Source of the DNA: Mobula hypostoma
Lineage: Eukaryota
DNA length: 64,000 nt
Reading direction: 5' to 3'
Assembly: GCF_963921235.1 (NCBI RefSeq)
Contig: NC_086118.1
Span: 28,894,001 to 28,958,000, forward strand
Shown here: positions 36,241 to 49,707 of the stretch, piece by piece
Layout: every line of letters starts with the position of its first letter
Numbering within the stretch: the stretch's first letter is position 1
The notes under the pieces: generated by a model
The model's database searches: none
What the model saw: the letters and a program-made list of their open reading frames with translations, nothing else
What the model was told of the DNA's origin: nothing
Made by a program: the position numbers and the translations under genes

Positions 36241-38689
36241 TTAGTTTTTATCCTTTAGCTCTTTATATACTAACTCCTCTCTCTGATCACAGCAACTGGA
36301 AGCTGTTATCAGGTCTAAACACTTACATGTTTAAATGCAGCAAAAGGTTAATCTTCAAAATTATCCCTAGTTCCTGTTACTTTCTCCCTTTAGGTATATG
36401 AAGGCCATTGAATATTCATGTATATTTCTATAAGTTTGGTTTAATTATAAAATAATTGCTAATAAAGCAATCTTGCAAACAGGCTGAATACAGTATTTAC
36501 TTGCAGTTCAAGTAATCAAACAATTCTGTCTAAGGTAAAACTTTTAATATTACCACATCAGCAATAAAAAAATTAGAAATGTCACATAATCTGAAATGAT
36601 TGAACACTTTCTGCTGCATTGCCAATATGGAAATGTAATATTGACAGTGATTTGAATACTGCTTTATTCCTTTTATGCATCATTTGCATAAAGCTAGAAG
36701 ATTATGTACCGTGTGCAGTGGAATAATGTATGTGTGTAATAGATGTCATATAGATGCATGAGAGGTGATGTTAAAAATTCATGACTACTTTTTAAATAAT
36801 AGCATTATTTGTGTCATTTTCAAATAAAATTTGCTTTTAGATGAACTCTCAAAATATTTGATAAGGTTTTAGGTAGGAACAGAGCTCTGGCTGCTCAAAA
36901 CGTGGAATTAAAATATTACATCAGTGAAGAAGCAAAAATGGGCAGCTATGGCAAGCAGAAGCTGGGGCCAATCATACAGCTTTTATTTTAACCTTAATTA
37001 TTGTTCTTATAACAAGGATACTCTGAGATTTGATTTTATCACATGAATTTACACACCTTTTTTTTTTGTTCGAATGCCTCTACCTTAGTTGCAGCACTAA
37101 GCATTGACAGATCTGTTGTGACCATGTTTAATCATTGTGAAGCTGCTCTGTGTTCAGAAACCATGGACAATGGTTCCCAATTACTAAGCTTTAGATGGCT
37201 ATGAAATGCTGAGAATGGCTAATCAATAAATTGAATGGAGTCTGGGCTATCCATTCTACCAGGACTTTAATTACAGCCCCAGTAATAGAAATTGCTGAGA
37301 TTTGGATTTTTCCATGAAATTAAATTAACTCTTTAATCACCATTGTCTTTTGGCTGTTAATAAATGTTTAGTACAAAGTTCGGTTAATTTCAGTAGAATC
37401 TGGAGAAGTGGATTACTGGGTGATGAATCCAGTGAGCCATTTCTTTGTTACAAAGACACCCACATAAACTGTAAGCCTGAGCTGTGTATATTGAACTGAA
37501 TGTTTTATTGTGCATATAAAATATTTACAGCTCGTCATAGTGCCGTGTAGCGTGTGATGCCTTCATACTCATTTCAAGGGCATTGGGAACATTATATTTA
37601 TTGTCTTATTGAGCAAAGCTGACCTATCTCAAATCAGAAGAAAGAATTTATCATCTCACTTGATATGCATTGTTTACCAGGTGCAGAAGCAATATGAATA
37701 ATGAGGCATCTTAAATAAATATTTTGGGAAGTTTATTAAAAAATGAAATTCCAATTAAATTTTGAAAAATATTGAGTTTTTGTTTGCTCTTTGGATTTTA
37801 TTTCTAAATCTTATATTACATTAGAAATGTGTAATTGCTTTTTTGCCAAACTAAATATATTTTGTTTATTTGTGGCAATGCCCATATAAGATTGAAAAGG
37901 AATAAAATGAATTGACAAAATATAGCTGAAATTATATAAATCAAATTAACTGTAGAATTTTGGGGTGCAATAGATATTCCTAATGCATTTGCACGCCTAT
38001 AGACTAAAATATTGTGGATACTAGATATGTGAAATAATATAGTAATTCTGGAATTGCATAGTTGGTCAGGAAACAGCTGAAAAAGAGTTCACATAACAGG
38101 CCAGTGACATTTCATCAAAGCAGACAAAATGTTAAGAGATAAAACAAACTTTAAGATCCAGGAAACAGAAGAGGGGTAAGAACAAAAGAGAGTGTAAGGC
38201 ATTGGATAGAAAACTGAAAGACTAAAAGACAAAAGGGAATTTTATGAAAAACAACATGAGGTGATAATTGGACAAGTTGAGAAGAGGTGGGCAGCAGAGG
38301 CATTAACTACTGTACGGAAGCCGATGTTGAGCCTATATGGTTCTAATACGCCTGTTCAGAAGAGGTGCTGTTTCATGAGCTTATGTGAAAATCGACTGCT
38401 TTGTCTTGAGGTCAAAGTGGTCAATGAAGTAGAATAGAGGATTAAGTACAGCATCGGGTGATCAGATGTGTGGGGAAAGAGACAATCATCGAAGTGGCCT
38501 ATGCCCACTCCAATACACAGGAGTGTGATAAAGCCAAAGTTAGACTACAAATAGATCACCTTGTGCAGCTCTGACCATAACACAAGAGGAACATTGTGAT
38601 AGTACAGAGTAGATTTATTACAGTATAGTCAGTGCTCAAGAACTATAATTTTGAGGAGATAATGATTTTAAAATGTCTTTTTTTAAATG

Positions 38690-39050
38690 AAGGATACATT
38701 TGGGAAGTTTAACCAAGGAAAAATGTGAGATGCCAGAACAGGATTACCAGAAAGGATAAATTGCCATTAGACGAGAGGTCAGTAACTATAGAGGGCAGAG
38801 TTTGTTCATATCTGGAAGGAATAGTGGAGAACTTGAAAAAAAAGATCTCACTTAACAAATGAGGGAGTCTGGAACTCACCACATAAAAGGCTGGAAGAGG
38901 CAGAAATCCTCACCATATTCGATGAGCATTTCAGGAGCAATTGAAAAACCATCTCCAACCTGTCAGTGGATTAGAAGCTGGGAACTGACAATGTTTCACA
39001 GTCCATTTTTAGCTAGAATGGACCATATAGGAGACTCTTCTTTCCCATAA
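38690..39050 (+). mobile_element. Very old CR1 3' relic
   Basis: gagggagtctggaactcaccacataaaaggctg..gaggcagaa resembles the CR1 ORF2 end. Confidence 0.45.
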
Positions 39051-39297
39051 GCATCTTTGATCTCAATATAATTAAAATAAATGCAAATAAACATCACCCA
39101 TGAAGTATGTTTGAGGTTCTGAATGGTGGATAGTGATCAGGTAAGCAGGCTGATGTTTCTCCTGTGAAAAATAATGAGGGATGGGGAAGTGCAACGGTGG
39201 AGAGAACCATCCTTTTGAAATGCTGAGAGGTGAGGGGAAGAAAATATCTGTATGCTGGCATTTTGGAAATGGTCTAAGGCAGTTATTAGTAGAGAGT

Positions 39298-39715
39298 TTA
39301 TTTATTTTTATATAGAGGTACAGCACGGTAACAGGCCCTGCTGCCCCAATGGGCCTGCACCACCCAATTACACCTATGTGGCCAATTACACACAGAAAGC
39401 TGAAGGAACTCAACAGGTCAGGCTGCATTTATGGAGAGGAATAAAGAGTGGATGCTTTAGGCCAACACCCTTCATTTGGACTGGAAATATTCCTCCAGTA
39501 TTTTGTGTGTGTGTGTTACTCTGGTTTTCCAGCACCTGTAGTCCGTTGTATGTACGTGACCAATTAACATGGTAACATGCGTCTTTGGGATGTAGGAGGA
39601 AAGTGGAGAAAACCTGCATTGCCACAGAGGGAATATACAGACTTCTTTCAGACAGCTACAGAATTGAACCTAGGTCACTAGCACTGTAATGGTGTTAAGT
39701 AACCATTACACTACC
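39298..39715 (-). mobile_element. V-SINE with nested palindromic mini-Penelope (~39389-39552)
   Basis: SINE domain gtctttgggatgtaggaggaaag..; insert flanked by tatgtggccaatta / tacgtgaccaatta. Confidence 0.72.
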
Positions 39716-40194
39716 CTTCCCCCCCCCCCGCATTGCTGTTAGGGATCTGGAAGGTGAAGGCAAGAGGAACCATTTGGTTCCTTTGAATAGTAGGGGAAAG
39801 GATTAGAGCAGAGCTGTAGAAAATGAAACTTGCCTGTTTACTGCTTTTATACTTGCCAGATCGTTATTTTGCTATAGCTTTCCCATCCATATTTAGTTTC
39901 TTGCTATCACTATTGTCTACTTGTTTCCTTATTGTTTTTGTTGTTTGCCCTTCACTTTTTTCCTTTTGTTATCCCCTGGTCTAATTGACCCCAAATCCAC
40001 TCAAGCTTGGGAATATCTAAATATTTCCCCTGTTAATCACTTCTTCAAGTTCTTTTCAGAAGGTTATAAACTAAAGGCTCTCTCTCTTGCCGATAATCTG
40101 TATTTTAAATGATGGACCGAAAATACCTTAGGTTAAGTGTAGATATAAGCCATGAACTGTTCTATTTTACAGGCAGCGAGTGAATTTACTGTTA

Positions 40195-41111
40195 CAGGTT
40201 TCCCCCGCTATTCGAAAGTAGGGCGCTCCTATGAAACCTTTTGTAAGCCGAAATGGCGTAAAGTGAAGAAGCATTTACCATTCATTTATATGGGAAAAAA
40301 TTTTGAGCATACCCAGACCCAAAAAAGAACCTACCAAGTCATACAAAATAACACGTAAAACCTAAAATAACACTAACATATAAGTTCCACTTTTGCAACA
40401 GTTTCATCACCATCGTCCAGTGCTTTCTGTTTCAGCTTATTAAAAAGACTGACTGATTTCTCCTTAAGTATAAGAAAACTTAACGGAACACCACGTTTTG
40501 TACACCCATCAATCCACTCAAACAATAGACTTTCCACTTTATCCATTACTGGATGCCAACTAAAAGAGACCACTTTGCTACTAGCAGAACCAATAGTAAC
40601 ATCGGCAGCTTTCAAGATTCTTTCTCTCTGCGTGTAAATAGTACGAATGGTGGACGCAGGCAAGTTCAACATATGCACAATATCTTTATTTCATTCACCA
40701 CGATCAAAATGCTTAATTACGTCCAGTTTTACACTAAGCGTAACACCCTTACAAACTCTCTTAGGCTTTTCTGATACCATAGGACACATCTTGCTAACGG
40801 ATGCACAAAATAAATCGAGATAAAGCACAGATGCTCACAGACATAGTTCAAAGCTATGGCAACTTGATGCTGAGATGCTGAGGTTAGTTCCCGGGGAAGG
40901 AGCTTGGTGGCGCCACTCTCGCTGCTCGGGGTGCCTCTATAACGGCTCGCTGCAAAACAAACGCTGAACGCTATTTTCGCCTTTCACCTTTTTTCGTAAA
41001 AGCAAAATTCCTCTTCAGATTTCTTTCGGTTAACAAAAACAGGTACTAATGTAGGTCTTTCGTAAAAGCGAAGTGGCGTAAAGCGAACTTTCGAAAAGCG
41101 GGGGATACCTG
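40195..41111 (-). mobile_element. Tigger/pogo-like transposon, internally deleted, TA TSD
   Basis: TA|caggtttcccccgctattcgaaagt ... actttcgaaaagcgggggatacctg|TA; transposase N-terminus only. Confidence 0.92.
40373..40789 (-). pseudogene. Tigger transposase N-terminal DNA-binding region (psq/CENP-B HTH), one stop, no DDE domain
   Basis: VTLSVKLDVIKHFDRGE*NKDIVHMLNLPASTIRTI..MDKVESLLFEWID..VPLSFLILKEKSVSLFNKL. Confidence 0.88.
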
Positions 41112-41448
41112 TATAATCAACACTTTCTTGACCATGAACTACATTAGTAACATGACCACTTTTTTAGGAACCCATAGCCTGCTGCCAGCATGTCACCCAT
41201 CACATTGTACTGCTTCACTTTAGCTCAACAACTGAATAGGAACATGCCATCTCATAAAGGATGCTTAGAGCCACCAGGCCCGCAACGCTCAAAATTGAGT
41301 TTGCGTTGTTTGCACCAATCTTGCAGTTCCTAGATTAGAGAACAAGAGTTTTCAAATTGATAGCTAGGAAAATAGTTTTACATATTACTACCCCTATCTT
41401 CCGCATGCCAGTTTTTAATTTTTGGGGTTAGCATCAAAACTTCCAATG

Positions 41449-41950
41449 TTCAAAAGTTCAAAGTAAATTTTATTATCAAAGTACATACGTGTCACCATAT
41501 ACAACTCCGAGATTAATTTTCTTGAGGGCATACTCAACAAATCTATGGAATAGTAACTATAACAGAATCAATGAAAGACCACTCAACCAGAGCGTTCAAC
41601 CAGAGTGCAGAAGACAACAAACTGTGCAAATGTAAAATCAATAATATAAATAAATAAGCCCTCAATATCGAGAACGTGAGTCCATGAAACTGAGCCCATT
41701 GGTTGTGGGAACTTTTCTATGAAGAGGCACGTGAAGCTGGGTGAAGTTATCTCCATTGGTTCAAGAGCCTGATGGTTGAGGGGTAATAACTGTCCCTGAA
41801 CCTGATGGTGCAAGTGCTGAGGCTCCTGAACCTTCTTCCTGATGGCCGCAGTGAGAAGAGAGCATGTCCTGGGTGGTGTGATTTCTTGACGATGGATGCT
41901 GCTTGCCTCCAACAGCGATTCACGTGGATGTGCTCAATGGTTGGGAGGGT
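41449..41950 (-). mobile_element. Rex1/Babar-like LINE 3' end
   Basis: ttcaaaagttcaaagt tail; minus strand AASIVKKSHHPGHALFSLRPSGRRFRSL. Confidence 0.8.
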
Positions 41951-42667
41951 GAATAGTGAAAATAATAATCACCTTCCTCCGGGTTTCCTTATATTGTGGA
42001 AGCATGAGAGGGAGAAAAGAATCTTCTAAGTAAACATATCTGAGTTGGAATGTAATATTGCTGAGGGTCACCTGCAAGTCAAATTGTGAGACTGCTCTGG
42101 AATAGGCATACTGAGCCGTTTAGATAATAAGCTGTGTTGAGTTCATTGTTACAATACATATTATGAGAGTAGAAAGCATGCTATTCATTGTAGTGTCCTT
42201 GGAAGCACAATATCAAACATGAAATGCCTATGAACTGCTGAAGTCGATGGCATCAAGGAGCTATTTCCCTCTGCACAGCCAGCTGGTGAGCTGCTGCAGG
42301 TAAGGCTAACAGAATGTTTAATTGATTTTATGGCTTGGTATAGCAGCATGCTACTCACAATTAAATTCTTGTTTATTTGGCCTTACATGAGATATGATCG
42401 GTTGATTTAAAAGAACATGGGAGCTCTTATAGAGAAGAAATCAATCACTTTCATTTTCAAATTAGGTCAAATGTGATAGCAGAGGCATTTAGCTACTTAA
42501 AAGTAAAACTACTGCAAGTATAGGGAAAAGCCACTGTATCAGTGAAAAAAGCTGAATATTCAATTAACACTAAAGTTATCCTCAGAAGTTGGGAAAAAGA
42601 CTTCATTATCTGGTATTGATGGATCACAAGTCTTGTCCCTGAAGACTGACCAATGTTGCTTTTAAAC

Positions 42668-43530
42668 TGGGCACCATGGTAGTGTCACAGTTAGTGCATC
42701 ACTTACAGCTCAGAGCATTCTAGAGTCTGGAGTCCAGAGTCCAGTCCCAGCGCCATCAATATGGAATTTGTAGGTTCTCCCTGTGAACTTTGTGGGTTTC
42801 CTCCTCAAGTCCATAAGACCATAAGGCAAAGGAGCAGAAGTCGGCCATTCAGCCCATCGAGTCTGCTCCGCTATTTTATCATGAGCTGATCCATTCTCCC
42901 ATTTAGTCCCACTCCCCTGCCTTCTCACCATTACTCTTGATGCCCTGACTACTCAGATACCTATCAATCTCTGCCTTAAATACACCCAATGACTTGGTCT
43001 CCACTGCCGCCCGTGGCAACAAATTCCATAGATTCACCACCCTCTGGCTAAAAAAATTTCTTCCCATCTCTGTTCTGAATGGGCGACCTTCAATCCTTAA
43101 GTCATGCCCTCTCGTACTAGACTCCCCCACCATGGGAAACAATTTTGTCACACCCACTCTGTCCATGCCTTTCAACATTCGAAATGTTTCTATGAGGTCC
43201 CCCCTCATTCTTCTAAACTCCAAGGAAAACAGTCCAAGAACAGACAAACGTTCCTCATATGTTAACCCTCTCATTCTAGTGAATCTTCTCTGAACCCTCT
43301 CCAACGTCAGCACATTCTTTCTTAAATAAGGAGCCCAAAGCTGCCCACAGTACTCCAAGTGAGGTCTTACCAGTGCCTTATAGAGCCCCAACAACTCAAC
43401 ATAGAGTCCAAAGATGTACCTGTCAGCAGCTTAATTGGCCATTGTAAATTGTCTGTGATTAGGCTAGTGTTAAGTAGGGGTGTGAGAGGGGCCACTCCTG
43501 CACTGTATCTCTAAATAACTAAATAATATA
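42668..43530 (+). mobile_element. V-SINE split by a young CR1 insertion
   Basis: tRNA-like head gggcaccatggtagtg..; body gtgggtttcctcc | agtccaaagatgtacc..ttaattggccattgtaaattgtc; ctgtatctctaaataa tail. Confidence 0.75.
42811..43393 (-). mobile_element. Young CR1 LINE 3' fragment with open ORF2 end
   Basis: 163-aa uninterrupted ORF LYKALVRPHLEYCGQLWAPY..LGLFSLEFRRMRGDLIETF..FFSQRVVNLWN; cataagaccataag tail. Confidence 0.95.
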
Positions 43531-46500
43531 AACTATAGTTGAGTTTTCCACTTCTATTTCCTTGATATGCACTTGGAGACAAGAACTGAAATAATCAAGT
43601 ACGTCAAACAGTTTTTTTCAGGATGAAAACTCCAATAATATTGTCAGGTGATTGTTAAATATAATGCATCACTCTGCCAGGTTAATGCTGTAACCTAAGT
43701 TTTTGGATGCTAAAATAGAACTTGCATGGTAAGGGTATGGGACTTAGTTCACGATTCTCAAAGGATTTTGTATGAGGAATACTTCAATCAAATATGTTGC
43801 GACTTTATATTCTGTTATATGTGCATCATTGCTCACACAAGGGCTTGGTGTACCCTTCATAAACTATAGCTGGATATTGCCTTCAGCCACGTCACTGCCT
43901 GATTGACAACATTCACTCACAGGTACTCCATCATTAAATGAATTTGCATACATGACATTGCTATCTCCTCCACACATGATAGATAATGATGTGAAGCCAG
44001 CATATCTTTCATGGGATGCTTTCCAGGCATGTGACCTCGAAGTGCATGCCATTTGAAACCTTTCCTGTGCCCTGTACAATGTCACCTTGCAGTACGTCTA
44101 CAATTATTTTTCTTGTGTTGTCAGCAATTATTGCATTCAACATTGGTTCCATAAGCAAGATTGAGGATCCTCCGTGCAGCTGAGCAGTGCTATTTCATTT
44201 TCTACAGGAGAATTATTAAGCTTGACTTAGAAGTGTGCTGCTGCAAAACAAACCATACCTATTTTTGACTGAAGCCAAGTACCAGTTTTAACATTTACGA
44301 GGGTTGGGAGAAGGTGTTTTCACTCAACTCTTGCCCAATCTTGACATTAAGATAGACCAAATTTTTACAGGTTTCAAACAAAAACAAGGAAACACCAATA
44401 ATAAGACTGCTAGTGATTTTGTGGATGTTAAACGGAACCAGAAATGTTAGTCTCGATGGCTCTTCCTTCTTGGACATGGACATCTGATTAGGGTAAAAGT
44501 TGATGATGTCACAGGCAATGTCAATTTCAAAAGGATGCTCCCACACTGCTAAAAGTTGTCTCAAAATTTCCACCTGATCTTTAGAACTCCCTAATCCGGC
44601 TGATGCTCACCCTTAGTTTCTGAAGGCTAGAATGCTCCACTTCATTTAGACTACAAACTTCCCAACCTATAATGGATCTCAGTAAGTGTTAGGAAGCAGG
44701 CTTTCCCAATATAGGGAATCAATGCCACCTTAAGTTCTAGTATGAGGTGGACAAAGGTCGTGTCTCATACATGTTGTCGAAGAAATTACAAGAACACCCT
44801 GGAATTCAACCTTTTTTTGTGTGTTTATGGGGTTGCTCAATTCATAGCCCAGAGTTGGAAGGTTACTATTTTACTCCCTACCTCAGAGAAGTCAACCAAA
44901 AATCCTGAGGTGATACCCCAATGCAAGGCCAAAAAAAGTGTTGCACTGTTGGGAGGCCATCTTTTGCAGGAGACAATAATCCAAGGCAACCGTTTCCACT
45001 CACTGATCAATGTTAAAGATCTCATGGCACTACCTGGAAGAATAACAAGGGTGTCTATGAACAAATTTCCTGTCACAATTTCAACAATATACTCTAGACT
45101 GCTTAAAGTAGCTGCAAACAAAAGTCAAGAAACCAGGAAACGTAACATTTCAATTCATGTTCTTTAGTAGCTGAGCTTTTGGGTCCACAACACTGGGAGT
45201 TAAAGAAGTACCACATGTTTGCAGAACCTATGTGTGAATGCTATTCTGCATATTCAGATGCTATGTATTACGGATTTAACATCTGTGCAAAAAATTCACA
45301 ATCTCTTTACAATGGCACTATAAAACTGCAAGCTGTTGTTCTTCCATCTGAAGATCCTCAATAATTTGCAAAATATGACAATCTGTATTAAAATCATAGA
45401 CCAGCAGGGTTCCCTTGTTAATCAAGAGGACCCTCTACTCACTTTGAAGTCTTTGTGTGGGAAATTTATATCTGCAGGTTTCAGTTCATAGGAGAGTTGA
45501 TCTGCTTATGGAAAGCGCCTTACTGTAGCAAACACAAGATAAAAGTGTTGGAAAGCAGCCTAGATCATAACAAGCATGTTGCCTCAATTGATTTGGCAGG
45601 AGAGTTAGGTAAAGTTTCTGCTTTAGATGCAATTGGTGATCTGAAGGCAAATTTAGCAGGTTTTAAGATGTACTATTCAAATTGCATTTGCTTATCATTG
45701 TATACAAAATCTTCCCTGAACCAATGTAATCAGTTAACCTATTAAAATGCAAATATTTAAAATTTTAATTTTAGAAGATCTTTTAGCTACAATCGTGTGT
45801 TAGTTTGGTGGATTTTGATGAACGTGGCCACAGCTAGTGTGCATTTTAAATCCTTGTGCTCATCCACTAAACATAAGTTGATTTTAATCTACTAAAAATA
45901 ATACAAACTCAGACATTTACTGTTGGAATGGGATACAGCTGTAAACTTCTTAATGAAGGACAATAAATATATATTCATTCTTTTTGAGAGTCTGTCATGG
46001 GTGCCCATGAGGCCAAAACAAACGCAGCTTAATTTTCACCCGGCAAGGCTCTGAACAAGTGCCACTAATATAAACTCCCAATAGTGAGGAATTGTCTGTG
46101 GGCAGAAGTGCAATCCAAAGAGGAAGAGGTGGAGTGCCCTGGGAATAGTTTCTAATCCAATATATTTAAAACAGACTCAAAAGATTATAATCACTAAATT
46201 TGTGATAACTCTGATATTGGCTAAGAATATTGGCTGTGACTCTTTGCATTATTGTTATATTTTAAGTAAATTTCACCAAATAAAATCAAAGCAACTCAGC
46301 CAATGCTGACGTTTATGCACTTTAGCTTGCTTAACTCGATCAGTATGAGGTACTATTGCAAATGTGAATTTGACACTTAAGACAAATGCAGCATCTGTAT
46401 TTTTTTCTCTTGGTTCTGGCTGAAATAGGTCAGTGAATGGATTAGTCTGTTCTACCACTGGGTTTTAAGATTCTGAAATCCAATATTATCTAGACCAATA

Positions 46501-47086
46501 GTAATCTCTTAGATGAAAGTTCAGAAGAGAGATTTAATCTTCTTGCTTCAGTTGATTCGTTTGCTGCATTTAAATGAGTCTTAGCTAATTCACATTGGAG
46601 ACCAGATTCCTTCACACTTTACAGTTTAGAATTCTGACAAAGCATCTTGAACCTGAAAAGTTAACTCTGTGTTAAGGATTTTCAGCATTTTCTATCTTTA
46701 GATTTCCAGCAACTGCAACTTTTTAAATTTACCTTTGCATTGGATATGAAGTTTGAATTTTTTAAATTAATTTTATAGTTATCTAGAAATCCATCGACAC
46801 TCCTTAACATTAAAAAAAATATGCTCCAGTGGCTGATTATCTGTGATTCTTGGAAGCTGAATACAAGACATAGCTACAAACATGGTACTAGCAGTACTAG
46901 CAATCATGCACCAATTTTCCCCCAACCATCAGCACCTCTTGTTCTGGCGATGAAGTTCACTTAATTGCAAGTAATGTAGAGAGATATGGCTGTGAAAAAG
47001 AGAAAAGAGAGACAGAGGGGAATTTTTTAAATGAAGTATCATTGCAGACCACCTCTTGTACAAAATATGCACTTGGGTAAAATGTA

Positions 47087-47177
47087 ACACACATAAAAAT
47101 TGCTGGTGAATGCAGCAGGCCAGGCAACATCTATAGGAAGAGGTACAGTCAACGTTTCGGGCCAAGACCCTTCGTCA
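47087..47177 (-). mobile_element. Mini-Penelope fragment with intact hammerhead core, 11-bp TSD
   Basis: ggtaaaatgta at 47076-47086 and 47178-47188; minus strand CTGACGA-A-GGGTCTTGGCCC-GAAACGTT-GACTG. Confidence 0.82.
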
Positions 47178-47224
47178 GGTAAAATGTAGTCAACTTTTTA
47201 AAGAATCACACTGTGATAAAATAC

Positions 47225-47537
47225 GGCGCCTTTGGAAAGAGGCATCTATCATTAAAGGACTTTCACCATCCAGGACATACAATAGCCTCAAGGCATTACT
47301 AATCAAAGAGGAGGTACAAAACCTGAAGACCTACACTCAATGTTTTAGAAACGGCTTCTTCCCCTCAAACATTAGATTGCTGAATGGTTCATGAACCTAT
47401 GAACATGGCTTTGTTATTCATTTTTTGCACTATCCATTTTATTTTTGTAACTTAGAGTAACTTATATGACTAGTATTATACTGCTGCCGCAAAACAACAT
47501 ACGGTATTTCACGACATAAAATCTGATTCTGATTTTG
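47225..47537 (+). mobile_element. Rex1/Babar-like LINE 3' end
   Basis: ASIIKG-HHPGH..RRYK..FRNGFFP-like coding; tctgattctgatt tail. Confidence 0.7.
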
Positions 47538-48894
47538 ATACCAGGACAAATATTCGTTAAATTTATTTTTTAAAGGACTGCATTACATTTATCAACAACT
47601 TTTAGATTTTAAATTATGAATCTTGCAATAATAAAATAAATAAAAAGAAGACAAGACTAATAGCTATAGACATTGAATGTTTACACTCACATATATCTAT
47701 ATAAAGAGTAGCATTATTGGCATTGTAGTTACTGTAGCTATTGTAAATGCCACTTTTGAAATGGCATTGGAGAGCAGTAAAGGTACTGATGGATTACAAA
47801 CACAAATTGAGCCAATTATTCAAAGAATAGATTCAATTAGCCAAAGTCCAACAATGTTCTAAGTGAGGAGGCTAATGTCAATAGAACTGTATTTTAAATA
47901 GTCACAATGCTTCAAATAAAGTGCACCAATGAACTATTTGTCTTTCACATTCAATAAATTTTTGAACAGTATGAGCAACAGCAAAGCCTTTGTTGTCCTT
48001 GATGACCACAGTAAATAGCTTTTCATTGCAAGCATTCAGAAGTATAGCTGATATTGGGTCAATGAGTTTCCATCTGTTAATGTAAATTCACCTGCTTTCT
48101 CTGATTTAACACACTGTAAATTGTAGCCAGAGAATCATACCCGATGATTTCATTTCCTACTTCCAGCACCATAAACCTTTGACTTCCCCAGGGATCTTTC
48201 CTTTTTCCCAGTTTTGTTTCTAATATATCTTGAACTGCCTTTCTGAACACGATATATGTTTATTCTAGAGGTACCCTGGCTAACCTCCCCCCTTCAAACA
48301 ACTGAAACAAAATCTCCAAGCCTCATACATCCAGTACTTGTTGATTTAAACTGTTTTATGCAGTACATGACCCCATTCCCTCCACCCCCTCCCACCCACA
48401 CACACCTGCTCTTTTGGCCTTAGCAATCTCCCCAATCTTTTTCCCTGAACTCTGATTTTAACTCCTCCTCCTTCAGAGGCCACATATTCAGTTGGTCAAT
48501 CCTAAACTCTGCAGTTAGTTCCCTTCCTAAAATTTTTTACCTTTTTTCTTTTCTTTAATATGCCATATAGAATCACTTTGTCCTAATCTTTTGCTCTTGT
48601 CATGTCCTCTGGGGCACAGTAGTGAAGCTTAATCCAAATTATTATTTTTTTCATACTCTGTGATGAGTGCACCCATTGGAAGTAAAAGGGATCCTTTGTT
48701 CTTGTTGAAAAATAATAATTTCTCTCATATAAGTGGTAACGATTAATTAATTCTTAATGTGATTACTGTATATTATATGCTCTACTCAGAGTTATTTTAA
48801 AGTATAATTCCTTCAAGAATTATGTCATATGACCAAACGCGCAGTTGATTAAGAAGATTAAAGCTGTTGCTTTGATTGAAGAGTATTAATAATA

Positions 48895-49160
48895 AGGAGT
48901 GGTTGGACAAACTTAGATATTTTCTTCTGGAATATCAGAGGCTGAGAGGTGATCCGATGGAAGTACGAAGTATATAAAACTTTGAGAGTTATAGAGTCAG
49001 AATCCTTCTCCAAGGCTTGAATACTAGACAGCAAAAATTTAGGATGGAAGGAAGTTAGGGGGAGATGAGATTAGGTTTAAACTGGCCTCATTGTTGGCCC
49101 AAACATCATGGGATGAGAGGTATGATCCTGTGGTTTACTGTCCTATGTTCTACGTTCTCT
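48895..49160 (+). mobile_element. Old CR1 3' relic
   Basis: ttttcttctggaatatcagaggctgagaggtgatc; ctatgttctacgttct tail. Confidence 0.6.
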
Positions 49161-49342
49161 AGTTTCACAACTAGTTTGTTGAATGCTCTGAGCAACAGTC
49201 TGTAAAGAGTCCCTCGAATACATGCATCTTGCTTGAGTTCTTCATGTCTTGTGTTCAAATTTCCACGTTGAAAATGTCCTTGTTAAAACTTCATCGAGCT
49301 TACAAACTTTTACAAAGATCAATGTGGCCTTGGGTGTTGCTC

Positions 49343-49495
49343 ACAAGCAAGAGAAAATCCGCAGATGCTGGAAATCCGAGCAACACACACAAAATACAGG
49401 ATGAAGGCTTTCAGCCCAAAAAAATCGTCTGTGCTTTTTTCCATAGATGCTGTCTGGCCCACTGAGTTGCCCCAGAATGTTGTTGGATGTTGTTC
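49343..49495. repeat. Degenerate mini-Penelope palindrome
   Basis: gcagatgctggaaatccgagcaacacacacaaaa..gatgaaggctttcagccc..catagatgctg. Confidence 0.65.
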
Positions 49496-49707
49496 AGGTA
49501 CTTTTAACTTACTAGGCAATTTTTTATGAAATTGAGTGTTGTTGCCCTTTTTTTCCATTTAGAAAATAGGCACATGTAAACAGTTTCACTCTTATAATGT
49601 GTCAAGAAATCATCATGCTGTGGCACGTACACATCTACAGGACTCTAAAGCAGTAATCATGTAAAATTTCCTCATGCTGTTTTCTGTATTCATTCTGTTC
49701 TTTTCTA

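Noticed and set aside
43864..45167. Several 70-140 aa ORFs in unique sequence
   Set aside because: No recognisable homology or coherent exon chain.
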